Program-made: the position numbers and the translations under genes
In this document: positions 22,901 through 36,173 of the stretch, piece by piece
How the letters are laid out: each line of letters opens with the position of its first letter
How positions within the stretch are numbered: position 1 is the first letter of the stretch
Notes under the pieces: model-generated
What the model was told of the DNA's origin: nothing
What the model saw: only the letters and a program-made list of their open reading frames with translations
Databases searched by the model: none
Source: Pseudovirgaria hyperparasitica
Lineage: Eukaryota
Reading direction: 5' to 3' (one strand)
Assembly (NCBI GenBank): GCA_010093815.1
Contig: ML996565.1
DNA length: 64,000 nucleotides

Positions 22901-25156
22901 CGGCCCGGCATTACCTGTATCGACTATGTCTAGGTTATGCAACCAAGCTGTCCCGGCGACACTTATCTTGCGAAATTTCATCATGTTGTCTGTGAGTGTA
23001 CCTGTCTTGTCCGAGAATACATAGCTAGGTATGGATTAGTGCCTGGTGCGCTAGAAGCTTGGAGCTATGGGAACATACCTGACTTGGCCGAGCTCTTCGT
23101 TGATCGTAGATGTCCTGGCCTCACATGGTGTATCGCTTACGGGATCGTACATATCGATATCGTTGAAAAAGTACATTTGAGCAACTTTGACAATCTCCAA
23201 ACTCACGTACAAGCTCAAGGGAATGAGCGTGTTGAACATGATAATGAAGCTTGCCAAGATTGGAAAAAAGGCCACGCCAGCGTTGGTCAGATACCAGGAT
23301 TTGTCTTCTAGGCTGTCCCAGATTTGATACGCGACGGTATTGAAGATGGCAAGGGCAACGACGAATATGACAACCAAGAGGACAATCTTGTTGACAATTG
23401 ATTGTAGTGCCGGTGCTTTGATTCGTGGGTTCTTATTGGCATTCATCCGAATTCTGCATTCTTCGCCAGTATAGATGACCATTCCGACCGCGTCTGGCGT
23501 GTTTCGCAGCACACTACCCCGATATATCACCTCGGCGCTTGTAAGTGGTGAGGTTTTCCCATTGACAGTCACCCTCCCCTCAAAGTTGTAGAGGTCAAGG
23601 TTTGGATCCTCCACGACAAATTTTGCCTGACAGTTGACGATATCGTGCGATGACTTGCAGATCTCCTGTATTGAGGCTGTAGCTTGCTTGCTTTTCAGGT
23701 TCGTCTCGCCATCCAGAGCCATGGTTTCCACATACGCGATTCCGTTTGGCCCACTTGACTGCAGAACGACCAGATCCGCCGGGGCGGCATCGTCTCGATT
23801 CAGTTTGACCACATCGCCAACCCTAATATCCTGCCACTTGGTAGATGCCCAGTGTATTGGGCCAACGTTCGGGGTCCCACTGATTTCTTCGTCAGTCGAC
23901 AATCTCGTGGCCGTAGGCTGGTAGGCATGCAGGATCTTGGCATCTCGTTTGTTCTCAGCCTTGTCCAATCTATACCGACGCAGGTCATCATAGCCCTCCT
24001 TTGCAATGGACAAACTGACGAAGAACATGAGCGGTACGATAGTGGTAAAAGTCCCCGTGGTACTGAGACCGGGTATCAACTGCAAAATACTAATACAAAG
24101 AAAGTAGAAGTTGGCAAGCTTCGAGAATTGCGCGAAGAGTTGACGCGGCACAAAATTCCACGCGTTGTAACGGGTCGATCGGATATTGTTTGCGATGAAG
24201 TTCTTGTTCGTCCTTTCATCAACCAGGTTCGTTTTTCGGAATGGATCCAAGTCGATATGTCTACCGTCTTTGCTGGGTGGGATGTCGTGTATTCGGAGGA
24301 CAAACTTCCTCGCGCGAGTATACACGCGCTTGAATTGTTTGTATGCGGTATTGTGGCGCGCTTTGTCCGCTATCCAAGACTCATAGTTGGGCAGTGCTGC
24401 GAGACCCAGCGTAGTCTTCTTGTCCTTCGGCTGTTCCACTTGCGGCTCGATGAAGTCGAAATCGTCTGGAGCAACGGTAGATATCGTCGTCGTAACAGAC
24501 TTTTTACTTGCTCTCGAGTCCTGCCGTAAGGGTACATTTTGCGATGACTGTGAACCTGCACCTTCCTGCAATTCGATTACGGAACCATGATCCGGACTAT
24601 TTATCGAGCCCTCCACATTTCTATGAAACAGGGTTCTCCGCAAGGAATAGCCACGATTGCGCGTCGCAGGCGAAACAGGAGAACGTGGCGATGGTGAACT
24701 AGACGGCGAGCGTGCGCTGAGAGTAAACGGTGACTGAACTGCTGCTTGTCCACGTACAGGGACACTGCCAATCGACGCAGCTCGCGTATTGATCGAAAGG
24801 TCTGGTGTACCTGGTCGCAGCTTTGTCGATGCAGGGTTCCTTGACATTACTTCTTGTATGGATGCGCCCCGAGGGTTGGGCGGTATGGGCTGTTCACTAC
24901 GTTCGACATCGGCAGAAAAACGGACACGGTGTCCTGCCTCTGCCAGCGAGGGTCTTCGACCGTTGTCGACAGCGGTCGAGTGTGTCTCATTCCGACTCCC
25001 ATCATCTGCATTACTCCGCGACACGACCGAGTGTAGTCCATCTCTCAAATCACCGTCCAAGTCTACATCGTCTCTTTCAGGCTGGGCAAAAGACCTACGC
25101 CGCAGACCATCCGAGGAACCGCCGCGGCCGCCGCCTGGAGAAGTTGGCGCAGACAT
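19985..25156 (-). CDS. DNF3: P4-type ATPase phospholipid flippase, Dnf3-like
   Basis: LDGETNLK, IPLSLYVSLE, EELGQV|SYVFSDKTGTLT across intron 23025-23078, SSPDE, EFTSKRKRMS, LTGDKRETA, GDGAND; second intron 20942-21001. Confidence 0.93.
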
Positions 25157-26169
25157 TGTTGCTCTTCATTGGCCATGCGAGACATGGGAAACTTGAGTGT
25201 TGGGCTTTAAAAAGTGGAGGAGCGAGCGAGCGAGCGATCTGGTATGTGTGGTGTGCGAAGAAGACTGAGCGTAGAGAGAGAGAATGAGGTAATAGGTGGT
25301 GGAGAAGGCTGAGGCTAGTAAGTAGTACGTAGGACAGATCTCACGAGTATGTGCGCAAGCCTCATAACATCATTCTATACTTATTAGTGGTCCGGCGGCA
25401 GCGGCCCCACGACCATATCACACTCTCTGAGACTGAGGGCAATTCTGCCGACTGCGCGGCAAAATCTCTACAGACGCGAGAAAAAACTTCGGATTGATTA
25501 TTGTACGCATGCAAGAATCTTTATCTGCTATGCATGCAGTGCAGTCCAAGTCTAGCAATTCACGCTCCAAGGGTCCCTTCCCCTCCCGCCCTCCGATTAT
25601 GGCCGCGCCCGCAGCCTCCTCCATGTGCGGGTGCTGGGTTGCAGGTGGGGCGGCATCTGATACTGCGCCACACCTATTTTTAGCGTGCGTGCGTTCGTCC
25701 ATTGGAATATGTCTGCAACCTGCCCAATTCACGTCTCGCTTTCACTTCTGACCCTTAAAAGTTCGACACCTGGAAAGAAAGCCGGTCAGTCTATTACTTT
25801 TATCTAGAAAAAAAAGTGCAATGGCTCGTGGCCTAGACTTGAGCTACGCACGACTAGAGTCTGCTTCCTCAACCCGCAAACGCTGTCATGGACAATATGG
25901 AGCGGGTAATTACTTAGCCAGGTTGTTGAGAATCCGCTTCCAAAGACGGGGGAATTGACAGGCTTTGGGCGTTAGTGGATGTTCTACTGGGAGGGCCCTT
26001 AGAATACATGCAGGAGCTATGTGTAGGCGCAGGAGCAAAATGTGGAGAGAGATGGGTTAGGTTAAAGAAGAGAAGGTTTTTTTTTTCTGTAAATGGCTAT
26101 CATGAGGCTCGTGGATATTAAAATGACACGCTATGTATTTCGAACTATGAAGGGTGCGGACTACCAGGG

Positions 26170-27693
26170 TTACACCCGGTCGTTATGACTGACCAGACTG
26201 GCCTCATCGTCAGTCTTGATCTCAAATGCATGTTCCACTCTGATCACTCCAGCTTCCATAGATCTCCCCCGACCTAGATCGACAGGACTGTCCGGAGCGG
26301 CCGTAGTCCGCACTCCCGTCTCCCGGACCCGGACGCCGCCTTTGTGAAGAGATTCGAGTTTGTTGTCATTGCCGTACTTGAGGTAGTGACGGGAGCGATT
26401 GCTGGAACCGCCGAGGCCGGGAAATATCCTGACCAAGACCATGCGAACAGTTGGCAGGCAGGCGCAGATGATGCCAAAGGCAACTTCGATGATGGTCCAC
26501 TTGATGACGTCGTAGTAATGCCACGTGACATTGAAGGAGGAAGCAAAGTGAAGGAGAGTTTTGAAACGAACGATGGACACGATGGTGACGCTGTAGGTTT
26601 GTGTGGGTCAGTATCTTGTCTGGTGGCACGCTCAGGAGTAAGAAAGGGGAGGAGAGACGTACAAACTTCCCACGCAAAACATGATACCAACGCCGATCTT
26701 CTTCTTCCAGTTGATATTGAGGGTGCGTAGTTGCCACAGTGGGATGCCCAGAATCCACAAGTCGAGCGCGATGCTCATGACGCCATGTGAGGTGGCGAGA
26801 GGAGTCGTGTTGATGCACTTGCCCTTATGCAAGCCATCCCAACCGTCCCAGAAGTGGCTGATGGGCTGACACTGGAATATGGCGGTCAGGAAGTAGGCGA
26901 GACCCCAAACTGTGCAGAACATGATGGAAGTCCAGAGTAGTCGTTGGACGCCCTGACTAGGAAATATGCGTAGGTAGAAGAAGATCAGGGAGAGCTTCTG
27001 CATCGCAATTTGGACGAAGTAGAGCCAGGTAAGGTGGTAGGAGAACTTGATGGACTTTGTGATCTGCTCTGGCTCTAGAGTCCATATATCCTTACCCATG
27101 CCATGGGCAGATGTGCCGTAGACAAGGATGACTGCGGTTGGAATAACGCTGAGGGCACCGACAATCACAGTCCAGTCATCCCATCCGAGAGGTATGCGTG
27201 CGACGAAGACTTTGAAGAAGATCCGTACGACGACGAAGACAGCAAGAAGGACTATGTGTATGTTGGTGATGACAACCAACTCCGGTGCTCTGTTGCGGAT
27301 AGGGGCGCCGCATAGAGTGGCGCTTACATTCTGCGCGACTGTGCTATCCTGTCAGTGTTTGGACTCGATGACACAAAAGAGAATTTAGAGGGTGAACCCA
27401 ACGGGATAGGCATACCGAGAGATTCAGGGATAGTGCACGATTGCATCACACAGGTAGACACATTCGCGTTGAATGCAGCATTTGAGCAAACACATGATAG
27501 GTCTGTCAAAGAGGGACATGTCTCGGGAGACAGGGCAGCAGCGGTACATTTCAGCTGGCAAGGAGAATTAGCCAGGGACAGACGAAGCAAGTGAAAAGAC
27601 AAGGTGGTACTTACGGCACATTCAGGCGGGGTTTGCTGTGCAATGACGAGAGCAGACCACAGTGAGCATAGCAACAAGAAGAAGCGAAGACAT
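26170..27693 (-). CDS. CFEM-domain PTH11-like integral membrane receptor (ATG out of frame with exon 1)
   Basis: Signal peptide, CFEM cysteines (PPECA|LKC..C..DLSCVC..CVMQSC..LCG), GWDDW, GMGKDIW, YLRIFP, FQCQPI, IEVAFGIICACLP; introns 27555-27614, ~27342-27415 and ~26593-26662. Confidence 0.85.
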
Positions 27694-28356
27694 TCTTGGA
27701 AAGTGGAGGTTAGATGTGCCAGGGAGGATTGCAGGGGAACCCCGGGACGGTCACAGGTCGTAGACAGGGAACCGCAGTTTGCTGAAGAGAACGGATAGTA
27801 GACAGGAAGCCGGGGGAGGGCGAGAAGATATGGATGATGGATGATATAGCAGGATCCATGGCGTTGTCATGCCGGCACTTAAGAACAAAGTGCGATCTAG
27901 AAGTTGATAGGGGGATTGTGTAGCAAGTAGCCAAGTCGGTCGCGGGTCGCAAGTAGCGGCAGGCCAGAGCGTGGGAATTAGGTTTAGTACAAAGGGACGG
28001 GTTGTGGCGAGGAAAGGCCAGGATCACCGTTGAACGCCGATGGTTACTCAGCTAGGTAAAGTGAACGAGGACGGAGAAATAGGAAGAGGATTTCGCTAAA
28101 GGCAAAAAGGCAGAGAGGATGAAGGGAGAATGGATGACGGATATTGGGGGAGAAGGGAAAAGTGGAGAAGATGGGGAGTTGAGAGGTTGAGCCAGTGTTT
28201 AGCCGCAGCAGAGGAGAGCACGCTGTCTGTGACTTTGTGTTGCAGATACCTGGTGGTGGCTCGTGCGCCTTTGCCAAGAACAGTTCGTCCACAACGATGG
28301 GCTCCGGGGAATCTCTCACAGGTACAGTAGAATGGAATGGGATAGACGCCACACAA

Positions 28357-28535
28357 CACACTCACAGATACACACAGACACACACAGACACACTCCTACG
28401 CACACAGACACACTTCTAGACACTCAGACACACTCACAGATACACACAGACACACACAGACACACTCCTACGCACACAGACACACTTCTAGACACTCAGA
28501 CACACTCATACACACACAGACACACCCAGACACAC
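28357..28535. repeat. CA-rich minisatellite: 72-bp unit duplicated, built of ~10-bp CACACACAGA subunits
   Basis: ctcctacgcacacagacacacttctagacactcaga occurs at 28393 and 28465 (period 72). Confidence 0.9.
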
Positions 28536-28852
28536 GGAACAACCACCCTCCAACCAATAGCCGTGGCTGCGTCTGATGCGAGACACTAAAATACGGAGTG
28601 CAAGGTTTCGACTAGAGACGCCTAGCAGCCAACGACCTCCTGCACGGGCTACAGTACCTATTACTCTACCAGTCTACCTTGGCAGGCAACGCCCAAGAAG
28701 CCCAGTCCTTCGATGTTGCCCCTATCCTTTGGTAGCTTTGATAGGTCTGTGTTGCTGGTAATAGGTGGTAAAGCAAGAAGAAGGATCCCCCACACTTGCA
28801 AAAGTCGCGTTCCTCGATGTCGGAAATAAGGGGACAGGTCAGTGCGAATTGT

Positions 28853-28880
28853 GGGCAACGCCAACGCCAACGCCAACGCC
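28853..28880. repeat. (CCAACG)n hexamer repeat
   Basis: gcaacgccaacgccaacgccaacgcc read directly. Confidence 0.85.
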
Positions 28881-29372
28881 ATGGAACCAGCGCCAACGCC
28901 GTGCAGAGAGTCGTCGTCGTCTGTGTGTGGTTCGTGTCTCACAACACCACTCTCACACGCGCGTTCGCGGATTCACAATCGCATCATGTATGCATGAAGA
29001 TCAAACGTGCATCATAGAGTATATGGTAGTGTGGAGTGTGTCGTCCAAGCGAGCATCCGTGCCTGAGCGCCATGACCGGCAGTTCCCTTTGACCTCAGCT
29101 GTGCCTGCATACCTCCCGCAGACCTCATCCCTACTGATGATAATCGTCCAGGTCCACACCCCAGCTACAGTACTGTACTCCCAGATCCACTTACCTCCAC
29201 TTTTCCCAGGCATGAGCTGCAGGGCCAAGGGCATGGGAATAGAAGCTTGAAGGTAGGTACCAGCTGCAGGCAGTTTAGGGCTACAGGGCTACATAGGTGG
29301 GTAATTCCCTGCCTGCTTGCGCCAACGACACAGCTGGTATGTGGTTGTGGTGGTTGTGGTTACGGTGGTGAG

Positions 29373-29448
29373 GAGCCCCAGAGCCCCAGAGCCCCAGAGC
29401 CCCAGAGCCCCAGAGCCCCAGAGCCCCAGAGCCCCAGAGCCCCAGAGC
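29373..29448. repeat. (GAGCCCCA)9 octamer tandem repeat
   Basis: Nine perfect copies plus partial GAGC. Confidence 0.95.
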
Positions 29449-30557
29449 GCTGGTCCCTGGTGCCTTGAAGGTGTTCCCGTCCTTCCACGTTAGACGGGTA
29501 GTAGGGAGCTATACTAATCAGCCGGCTGGTCCCAGATCTACGCACCTCACCGGCCGTCTACTCTAGGGTCTAACACCGTCTCTTGCCTGCGTGGAGAGTC
29601 GAGAATGCTAATGCTGGAGGCCGAACATCTACCCAGCTCTCCCCAAACGCCCCAAAAGAGGTGCGCACTCTTGAGACTGCCCAGTGATCGTTGTTTTGGC
29701 TGTTGGTGTAGTAGTCAACAAAGTGAGATTTTAGCTCCCGCAACCTACCATTTCACCCCCTGTCTGTCTGTCCTCGCTCTACCCAAGCCAGAAGAAAACT
29801 CCTCGGCAGCCCCGTGCAAAACAGATAGTTCCATGTCTTGTCCGTACCATCATCGAACCGGCATGCAGCAGGCGTCGTCGTATTAAGCGGTAGACGCGCT
29901 TGGTGTATTATCATCTCTTTCTAGCAGACCGACTAATTACGACTATCCTAATTACTGTAGTCTTTGCCCTCCTACTCTACTCCTCTCTCGTTTCCATCCA
30001 TGATCCGTCCATCTAGCCCATCGAGCACCCCCCCTTCAGCCATGTCCGTCCCGTCGTCCATGGCCATCTACCCATCCAACAACCACGTTCCACGGATCCA
30101 TCCATGTCCCGTCGTCCCGTCGTCACTTCAACCTTCTCGCTACCACCACTTCTCACACAGACACACACACACACTCTCTCTCTCTCTCCCTCCCATCAGC
30201 ACATTATCCATACATCTCCCATCAAGCCCCCTCTATCCCTAATCCTGTCTAGCTGCCCTGGCCCTGGCCCTCGCCCTCGCCCTCGTCCTCTACGCAGTGT
30301 CGTGAGATCAACATTACTACACGGCCGACGATGACGGTCAAAGGCATCCCATCGTGCACGCCTCACCATTAGTCCTGACCATTAATTAGTCCTGTTCCTA
30401 GCCTGTTCCTAGTCCTTTCTAGTTCGACATACTAATCACCCACACCCACCACCATTCCCCCGTCCGCTGGGACGCGGTTCGGAGCGAAACATCTCGATAC
30501 GGTCCGGAAGAAAAGTCCAGCATTCGAGACGCCGCGCGCCTTCTGTCCATATCTATT

Positions 30558-30629
30558 CGTGCGTGCGTGCGTGCGTGCGTGCTCATGTTGCTTATCTTTC
30601 TTTACTCATCATCATCATCATCATCATCC
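30558..30629. repeat. (GCGT)n and (CAT)n microsatellites
   Basis: gtgcgtgcgtgcgtgcgtgcgtgc at ~30559 and catcatcat run at ~30607. Confidence 0.85.
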
Positions 30630-30949
30630 ATCTGGCTAATTATTGGCTGAGAGAGGAAGAGAGCAAAGGCGCATGCATTCATCGGAAGAGCCGGATTGAG
30701 CCGAGAGACAATCAAAATACGAACATCGATAGCTCGGCTAATCAGCTCGGACATTTAATCATCTTTCTTCTCTACTACCTATATTCATCTCTCTTCACAG
30801 TCAATCCCTCGTCATAATACTCGGTCGGCACTACTACTCTATTCAATCACTGCATTCTTGCTAACCAAGATCCTCCCTTCTTACTAGAGGTCACTTAGTA
30901 CTAGGTATGTACCCCCACTGCCAATCATTTCACCGCCTCTTCTCTTTTC

Positions 30950-33729
30950 TCAACAGTCTGCCGCCTCTGGCTCTGGCTCTGGGCCTCTGCTACCACTCTC
31001 TGCCTCCTCCGTACTTGCCTCCTCATAGCTCAGTGCGCTGACCGTACTCGCCTGCTGGCTCAGCGCTGGCCGACCGCTGCCAACTTCAGGCCTGAGTCTA
31101 TTATCGTGTGCCCGCTCCATCTGCTCCCTGACCGTCTGTGTGTTCCAGAACGCATAGCTCTGCTTATCCTTGACCCACATCGGATTCACTTCACTGTCAA
31201 ACACACTACTCTCCTTCTGATCACTATTCCCTCCCTTCTTCTTCCCCGATGCCAGACTCGATCCCGCGGGCGACTTGCGCGGTGAGACGCTTCGATTCTT
31301 GCTGTGTGTCCCGCCGTTTCGGAGCGCCAGACTGTCCGCGCTGCCGCTGGGCTGGATTTCTTGACGCCACGACATGATCCGCTCCTGTGGCGGTTGCGTG
31401 CTCGTGGAATCGCGTCTGCCTGACCGTTTGCTCTGTATCGACATCGTGCGCCCGCCCATCTTCTTCGAGAAGGTCGACGATGTTTCCCACGCATCGTTGC
31501 GGCGCTTCTGGTATGCACAGTCTTGCCGAAACACTTTAATGCTGCCACTGTAGTCCGCCGTGACCATGATGTTGCCGTCATTGTGCACTGACCGTGCAAT
31601 ATACGCTGGCGATTCCTCCGCACGTTTGAACTTGCTCCCACCTGCCGCTGTAGCGCTCTGCTCTGCTTCTGTCGGCGCTTGCGACGATACAAATGATTCT
31701 GCTTTGCTGACCAGCGTCACCGGCGGAGGGTTGCATATGTCATACACTGGATCTTCAGACCGGCTCAGCAGCTGCCGCGTCGACGTGGGTGCCATGATGG
31801 CGCACGTTGAAATGCTTGTGTGCGCCTCAAACATCTCCACCGCATGCTGATTGCGTTTCTCGCTCTCCGACGCCGTCGTGGAGAAGATGTACGCTTTCCG
31901 GTCTTCACTGCCAGTGATGACGTAACTCGCGTCTGGGCTGAACGATGCTCGTATCTGACTCTGGTTGTTCTCGTGTCCTTTGTACTTTGCTTCAAGATTC
32001 TTGTCCCGGAGATTGTAAAGACGGATCCGAGAGTCGTTGCTAGTCACCAGTATCTTCACCTCTCCACTGTTACTGTCTGCTGGAACACATACTGCTTGGA
32101 TCCCCGTGATCTTTGAGCCTTTGGCATTCTTCCCGTGTGCCGACTTGACATGCATCTGCGTCTGATACTTCAGCCCCTCCGTCTCGTAGAACTGGCAGAG
32201 ACCATTAAGTGTGCCCGCAATAGCTGTTTTGCCATCAGGAGTGAATGACACTGCTGTGATCATGTCTGGCAGCTGTGCCCAGTATGCCACATTCTTGTCT
32301 GGTATACTCCATAGTCGCAGCTTTGTGTCCAGCGAGCCGGCCAAGAAGAACCTATCATCTCTCGGATGGAATTGGATCGACGGTACAAAGTCCGCATGCT
32401 TGAACGTACAAAGACATTCTGGCCTACTGACGTGCCATAATCGTACAGTCTTGTCCATCGACGACGACAACAAGAAGTTGTTCTGATCGTGCATTAGCCG
32501 TCACTTTTCGTGCCCAACAATGCTCGCATCACACTTACCTTGCTCCAGCTTAGGTCAAGGATGGTAGATGTGTGCCCTTCGTACTCCTGAACGGCCTTCT
32601 TTTGAAACACGGGTGCGCTCAGATGTTGTGCTTGGCCAGCAGCAGCCTCTTCCTTTTCGTGAAATCTTCTCTCCTCGGCACTTGACAATGTCGCCCAGAT
32701 CCGCAGTATTCTGTCTTGCCCCCCCGCAGCTAGGTACTTCCCGTCCCTGCTGAACTCCATCGCCCACGTGGGATTGCCGCTGCCATTATCGTCCGTCTCG
32801 CGCCTTGAAGTCTGACTGCCATTTGGTCCCATCGACTGTTTTTTCTTCGTAGCGCGCGAACACAACTCTTGCGCTAGGAACACCCGGTCAAACTCCTTTT
32901 CCTTTTTGCATCTTGCTCTTACTTTGATATATGCCGGCGGTTGTGGATGTTTCGGAAGGAAGCCGAGATTCTCGATGGGCTGCGAGAAGATTTCCGCTTC
33001 CTTGCCCTCAAGTCGTTCAGCATCGCCAAGTTCAGAGTCCTTGTCTCCCACAGATTCTGCGCCTGATTTCTTCTTGTTACCTCCTATGAACCGGCTAAGG
33101 AATGAAACACCTTTCCTATGCAAATGCCAGTCAGCCGATATTCGCCTCCGGGTTGGGGCACCAAGATTTCCACTGCATCTGTTGCCTACTTTTTGTCCTT
33201 GTTTGTCCCAAAGCTGTCTACTCTAGGCGATTCCACCGATTTCTTTATTTCGGGAGTGCCATCGGCTGGGGTGCCTGGTCGAGAGGTGGAGTCATGGGTT
33301 GTCGATCGAAGTTTCTCTGCGATTGGAGTCCCTGTTTTGGTGCGTTTTAGGATATGCTGATGTTATACAAAGGTTAGGGCATTGGAGGAGAAGTTGTAGG
33401 TAGCGATCACTGACTTGCGACAGGGGATCAATAGCAGGCGGAGCACCATCTTGCGCGTCTTCTGTGTCCGGAAAAGGAGTATTCGTAAGCGACTTCGTGG
33501 GTGAGCTCGTGCTAGTTCTGGACGGAGCTACATAAACAGAGTCAGAGGTATGGATAGATGTAATTGTCGATGCCTGCCACGAACCTCGGTCGCCCGATCG
33601 CCGAGGGCGTACAAGATTCTCTTTGAACGCCTCATCGGCCGACAAGGTGTGGAATTTTGGCGACGGAAAAGGAGCAGAGGTTGTGTGATGAGGCGAGGTC
33701 ACCTTCAGTTTCGGAAGGGAATCGGCCAT
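30950..33729 (-). CDS. WD40-repeat protein, WDR44/yeast Dgr2-Ymr102c-like
   Basis: FLAQEL, WAMEFSRDGKYLAAGGQD, GHTSTILDLSWSK|NNFLLSSSMDKTVRLWH, FHPRDDRFFLAGSLD, SNDSRIRLY; introns 33357-33414, ~33116-33189, 32483-32538. Confidence 0.92.
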
Positions 33730-34571
33730 TGCGGGACGATTAACAGCGGAGTCGGGAGCTGACGACAATTGACATTCTCGATAACGCAGCAGGAGAATGT
33801 CGAAGATTGCTGACGGAGGCTAACGTCCTGCAGGTCTCAAGGCGCCATCTGCAAAAGGTATGCGACTGGCATCAGACGGGGGTGAGACGATAATGTCTAC
33901 GCCGCAGAATCTCGTAGATAATGGTTCCCGGATACGGCGGAATATACAAACGGAAATCTCGGGATGATTATTAGTCGTTTTCTGGAGAATGATTAGTTGA
34001 CGAGATGCCCAGGACGCCTGACGTGCATGCAGAGCTCGTGGCAGGATGGAAGGAGTTAATACCTGGTAATAATGATACCCCGGTACCTCAGGCACCTCTG
34101 TCACACCTAAGGCCGACACGTCCACCACGCTGACGTCATATCTGAAATTCCTGGGCTGGGGAAAATTCGATGGAAGATTAAATCTCTCTACCAAGCAACA
34201 AAGAAATCCATGGCTCGTTTTCCTATTGAATCATGCAAAATCTATATACACATCCAGACATGATATCGTCTGCAAATGAACCTTGAAATGCCGGTACTCA
34301 ACCTTCTCGACACAGCGCCGCTGACGCTCTTTTCTCTGCAAGACATCACCCACATAATTAGCCGCCTCAGCCTTGCCCTCGGGTTGTCGCCCAAAACATC
34401 CATGCTAAGCTCCACTCTTAGCTTTTGGCTAATGCTTGATTTGCCGTATTATCATATAATACACTGACGCCGACATAGACCAGCTTTATCCTGCTGGCAC
34501 CATCGCATCCCTTCCATGGAGATCTGTAGTCGCCTCTCTTGACTATCTTTGGTTCCCTCATTCAAAACGCC

Positions 34572-36173
34572 ATGTCAGTCTTTGACAATCCAGATCCTTT
34601 TGGCGGAAGCAGAGATTCTCAGGCCCACCAACACGATATCTCAAATGTCATACCTACCGAGCATAGCCGACCAACGCCGGCGTCAGAGGACAGAATGTCC
34701 AGCCGTACCTCAAATGACAGTAGATTTCTCATGGCTAGAACTACGAGCGACCGAGAGTATCAAGATGACGTTGAGCATAACAGTAGCAATGTGATGGACA
34801 AGCTCAAAACTGCCGCCGGTGACTTCCAGGCCGGTGTCGTTGACACGGTCCGGTCCGCAAGGCACAGATTCCACTTGGATGGCGTTCATGCTACTGGCGT
34901 CAGCAGATTCCTCAACCCTACAAATGTTCGCATGCGCGTCCGCTTTCACGACTCACAGCACGGTTCGAGAGAAGAGGAGCTCATGTGGCGCGCTCGAGAC
35001 AATCGCAAAGGTCGCAATTCCATTGCTGTCCCAAGACTATCAACTGACCACAGCACTGATGCCTCATTCATCCCGATGCAATACACACCCAGGATGACGC
35101 AGAATATCAGAGGCATTGGCAAGATCTTCTATAAGATGTTCTTCACCTTCCCATATTGGGATATGGCTTACTGGAGTGGCATGACCTATTCAATAGGGTC
35201 TGCTCTATTCGTTGTTGATGGCGTGTTGGCTTGGGGCGCCGTCGCATATGGTGAAGAGTTCGTCTCACGCTCCGCTGAGACCTATGGAGGTCCCTTATCG
35301 TTCTTCATTGGGGCTCTATTTTACCAGGTCGGAGCCGTGGCTGCCTATCTCGAGGCCGTCAATGATGGCTCGTTTCACGGTGCAGCGATGCGTCGCCTTC
35401 TCGAAGGACATGAGGACGACGACAAGAAAATGTTTGACGAGAAGGTCCGTCACTTCTTCAGTCATTTGAATCCAGCACACCGTCATAGTGAGGAAAAGTA
35501 TACGTATCAACTAGATCCCGAAGCTGGATGGCGAGCCAAGGAGGCACCACGCCAACTTCGTCCTGCTCCGAACTATCCTCCTGGTAAAGAGCCAGCTCAT
35601 CGTCGTGGTGGAGTGGATCACGGCGGCGAACAAGGTCAAGAGAGCATCTACATGTCTTGGAGATGGTGGCCGACGTGGAGAGCCGTTCGAACGCATCATA
35701 TCTACTCTATCGGTTGGTTGGCCACTACCATCCAACTGTTTGGTGTGACCATGTACGGTGTGACTGCCATTGTCATCCTTCCCGGCATTCTTGACAGCCT
35801 GGCTTGGTGGCAAACACTTGGTGCTTTTTGGGTTCCTCAACTCATTGCAGCCTCATGCTTTTTAATCGCTAGTCTAATGTTTATGCTCGAGACACAAACT
35901 GCGTGGTGGAGACCGGAACCCAAGGTTCTTGGATGGTGGGTCGGTTTCTGGGCCACCGTTGGCTCCGTCGGATTCGAGCTTATTGCTGTATTCGGCATCG
36001 TCGGTCATAAGCAGTCGTGGGGAAAATATCAGAGTGATTTGGCGACCATCTGGGGATCGGCTGCATACTTCATTTGCAGTTTCTTGCAGTGGTACGAAGC
36101 CATGGACAAGAACCCTATCGAAGAGCTGTTCAACGATCCTGGCGAGATAGAATCTTCACAGATCTTCATCTAG
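34572..36173 (+). CDS. Conserved fungal integral membrane protein of unknown function
   Basis: Intronless ORF from ATG 34572; WRARDNRKGR motif, ~7 hydrophobic segments, GWWVGFW..VGSVGF and WGSAAY...S.LQWYEA. Confidence 0.85.
   Translation: MSVFDNPDPFGGSRDSQAHQHDISNVIPTEHSRPTPASEDRMSSRTSNDSRFLMARTTSDREYQDDVEHNSSNVMDKLKTAAGDFQAGVVDTVRSARHRFHLDGVHATGVSRFLNPTNVRMRVRFHDSQHGSREEELMWRARDNRKGRNSIAVPRLSTDHSTDASFIPMQYTPRMTQNIRGIGKIFYKMFFTFPYWDMAYWSGMTYSIGSALFVVDGVLAWGAVAYGEEFVSRSAETYGGPLSFFIGALFYQVGAVAAYLEAVNDGSFHGAAMRRLLEGHEDDDKKMFDEKVRHFFSHLNPAHRHSEEKYTYQLDPEAGWRAKEAPRQLRPAPNYPPGKEPAHRRGGVDHGGEQGQESIYMSWRWWPTWRAVRTHHIYSIGWLATTIQLFGVTMYGVTAIVILPGILDSLAWWQTLGAFWVPQLIAASCFLIASLMFMLETQTAWWRPEPKVLGWWVGFWATVGSVGFELIAVFGIVGHKQSWGKYQSDLATIWGSAAYFICSFLQWYEAMDKNPIEELFNDPGEIESSQIFI

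Noticed and set aside
28357..29448. Tandem repeats as a CRISPR array
   Set aside because: No unique spacers, eukaryotic context; simple mini/microsatellites.
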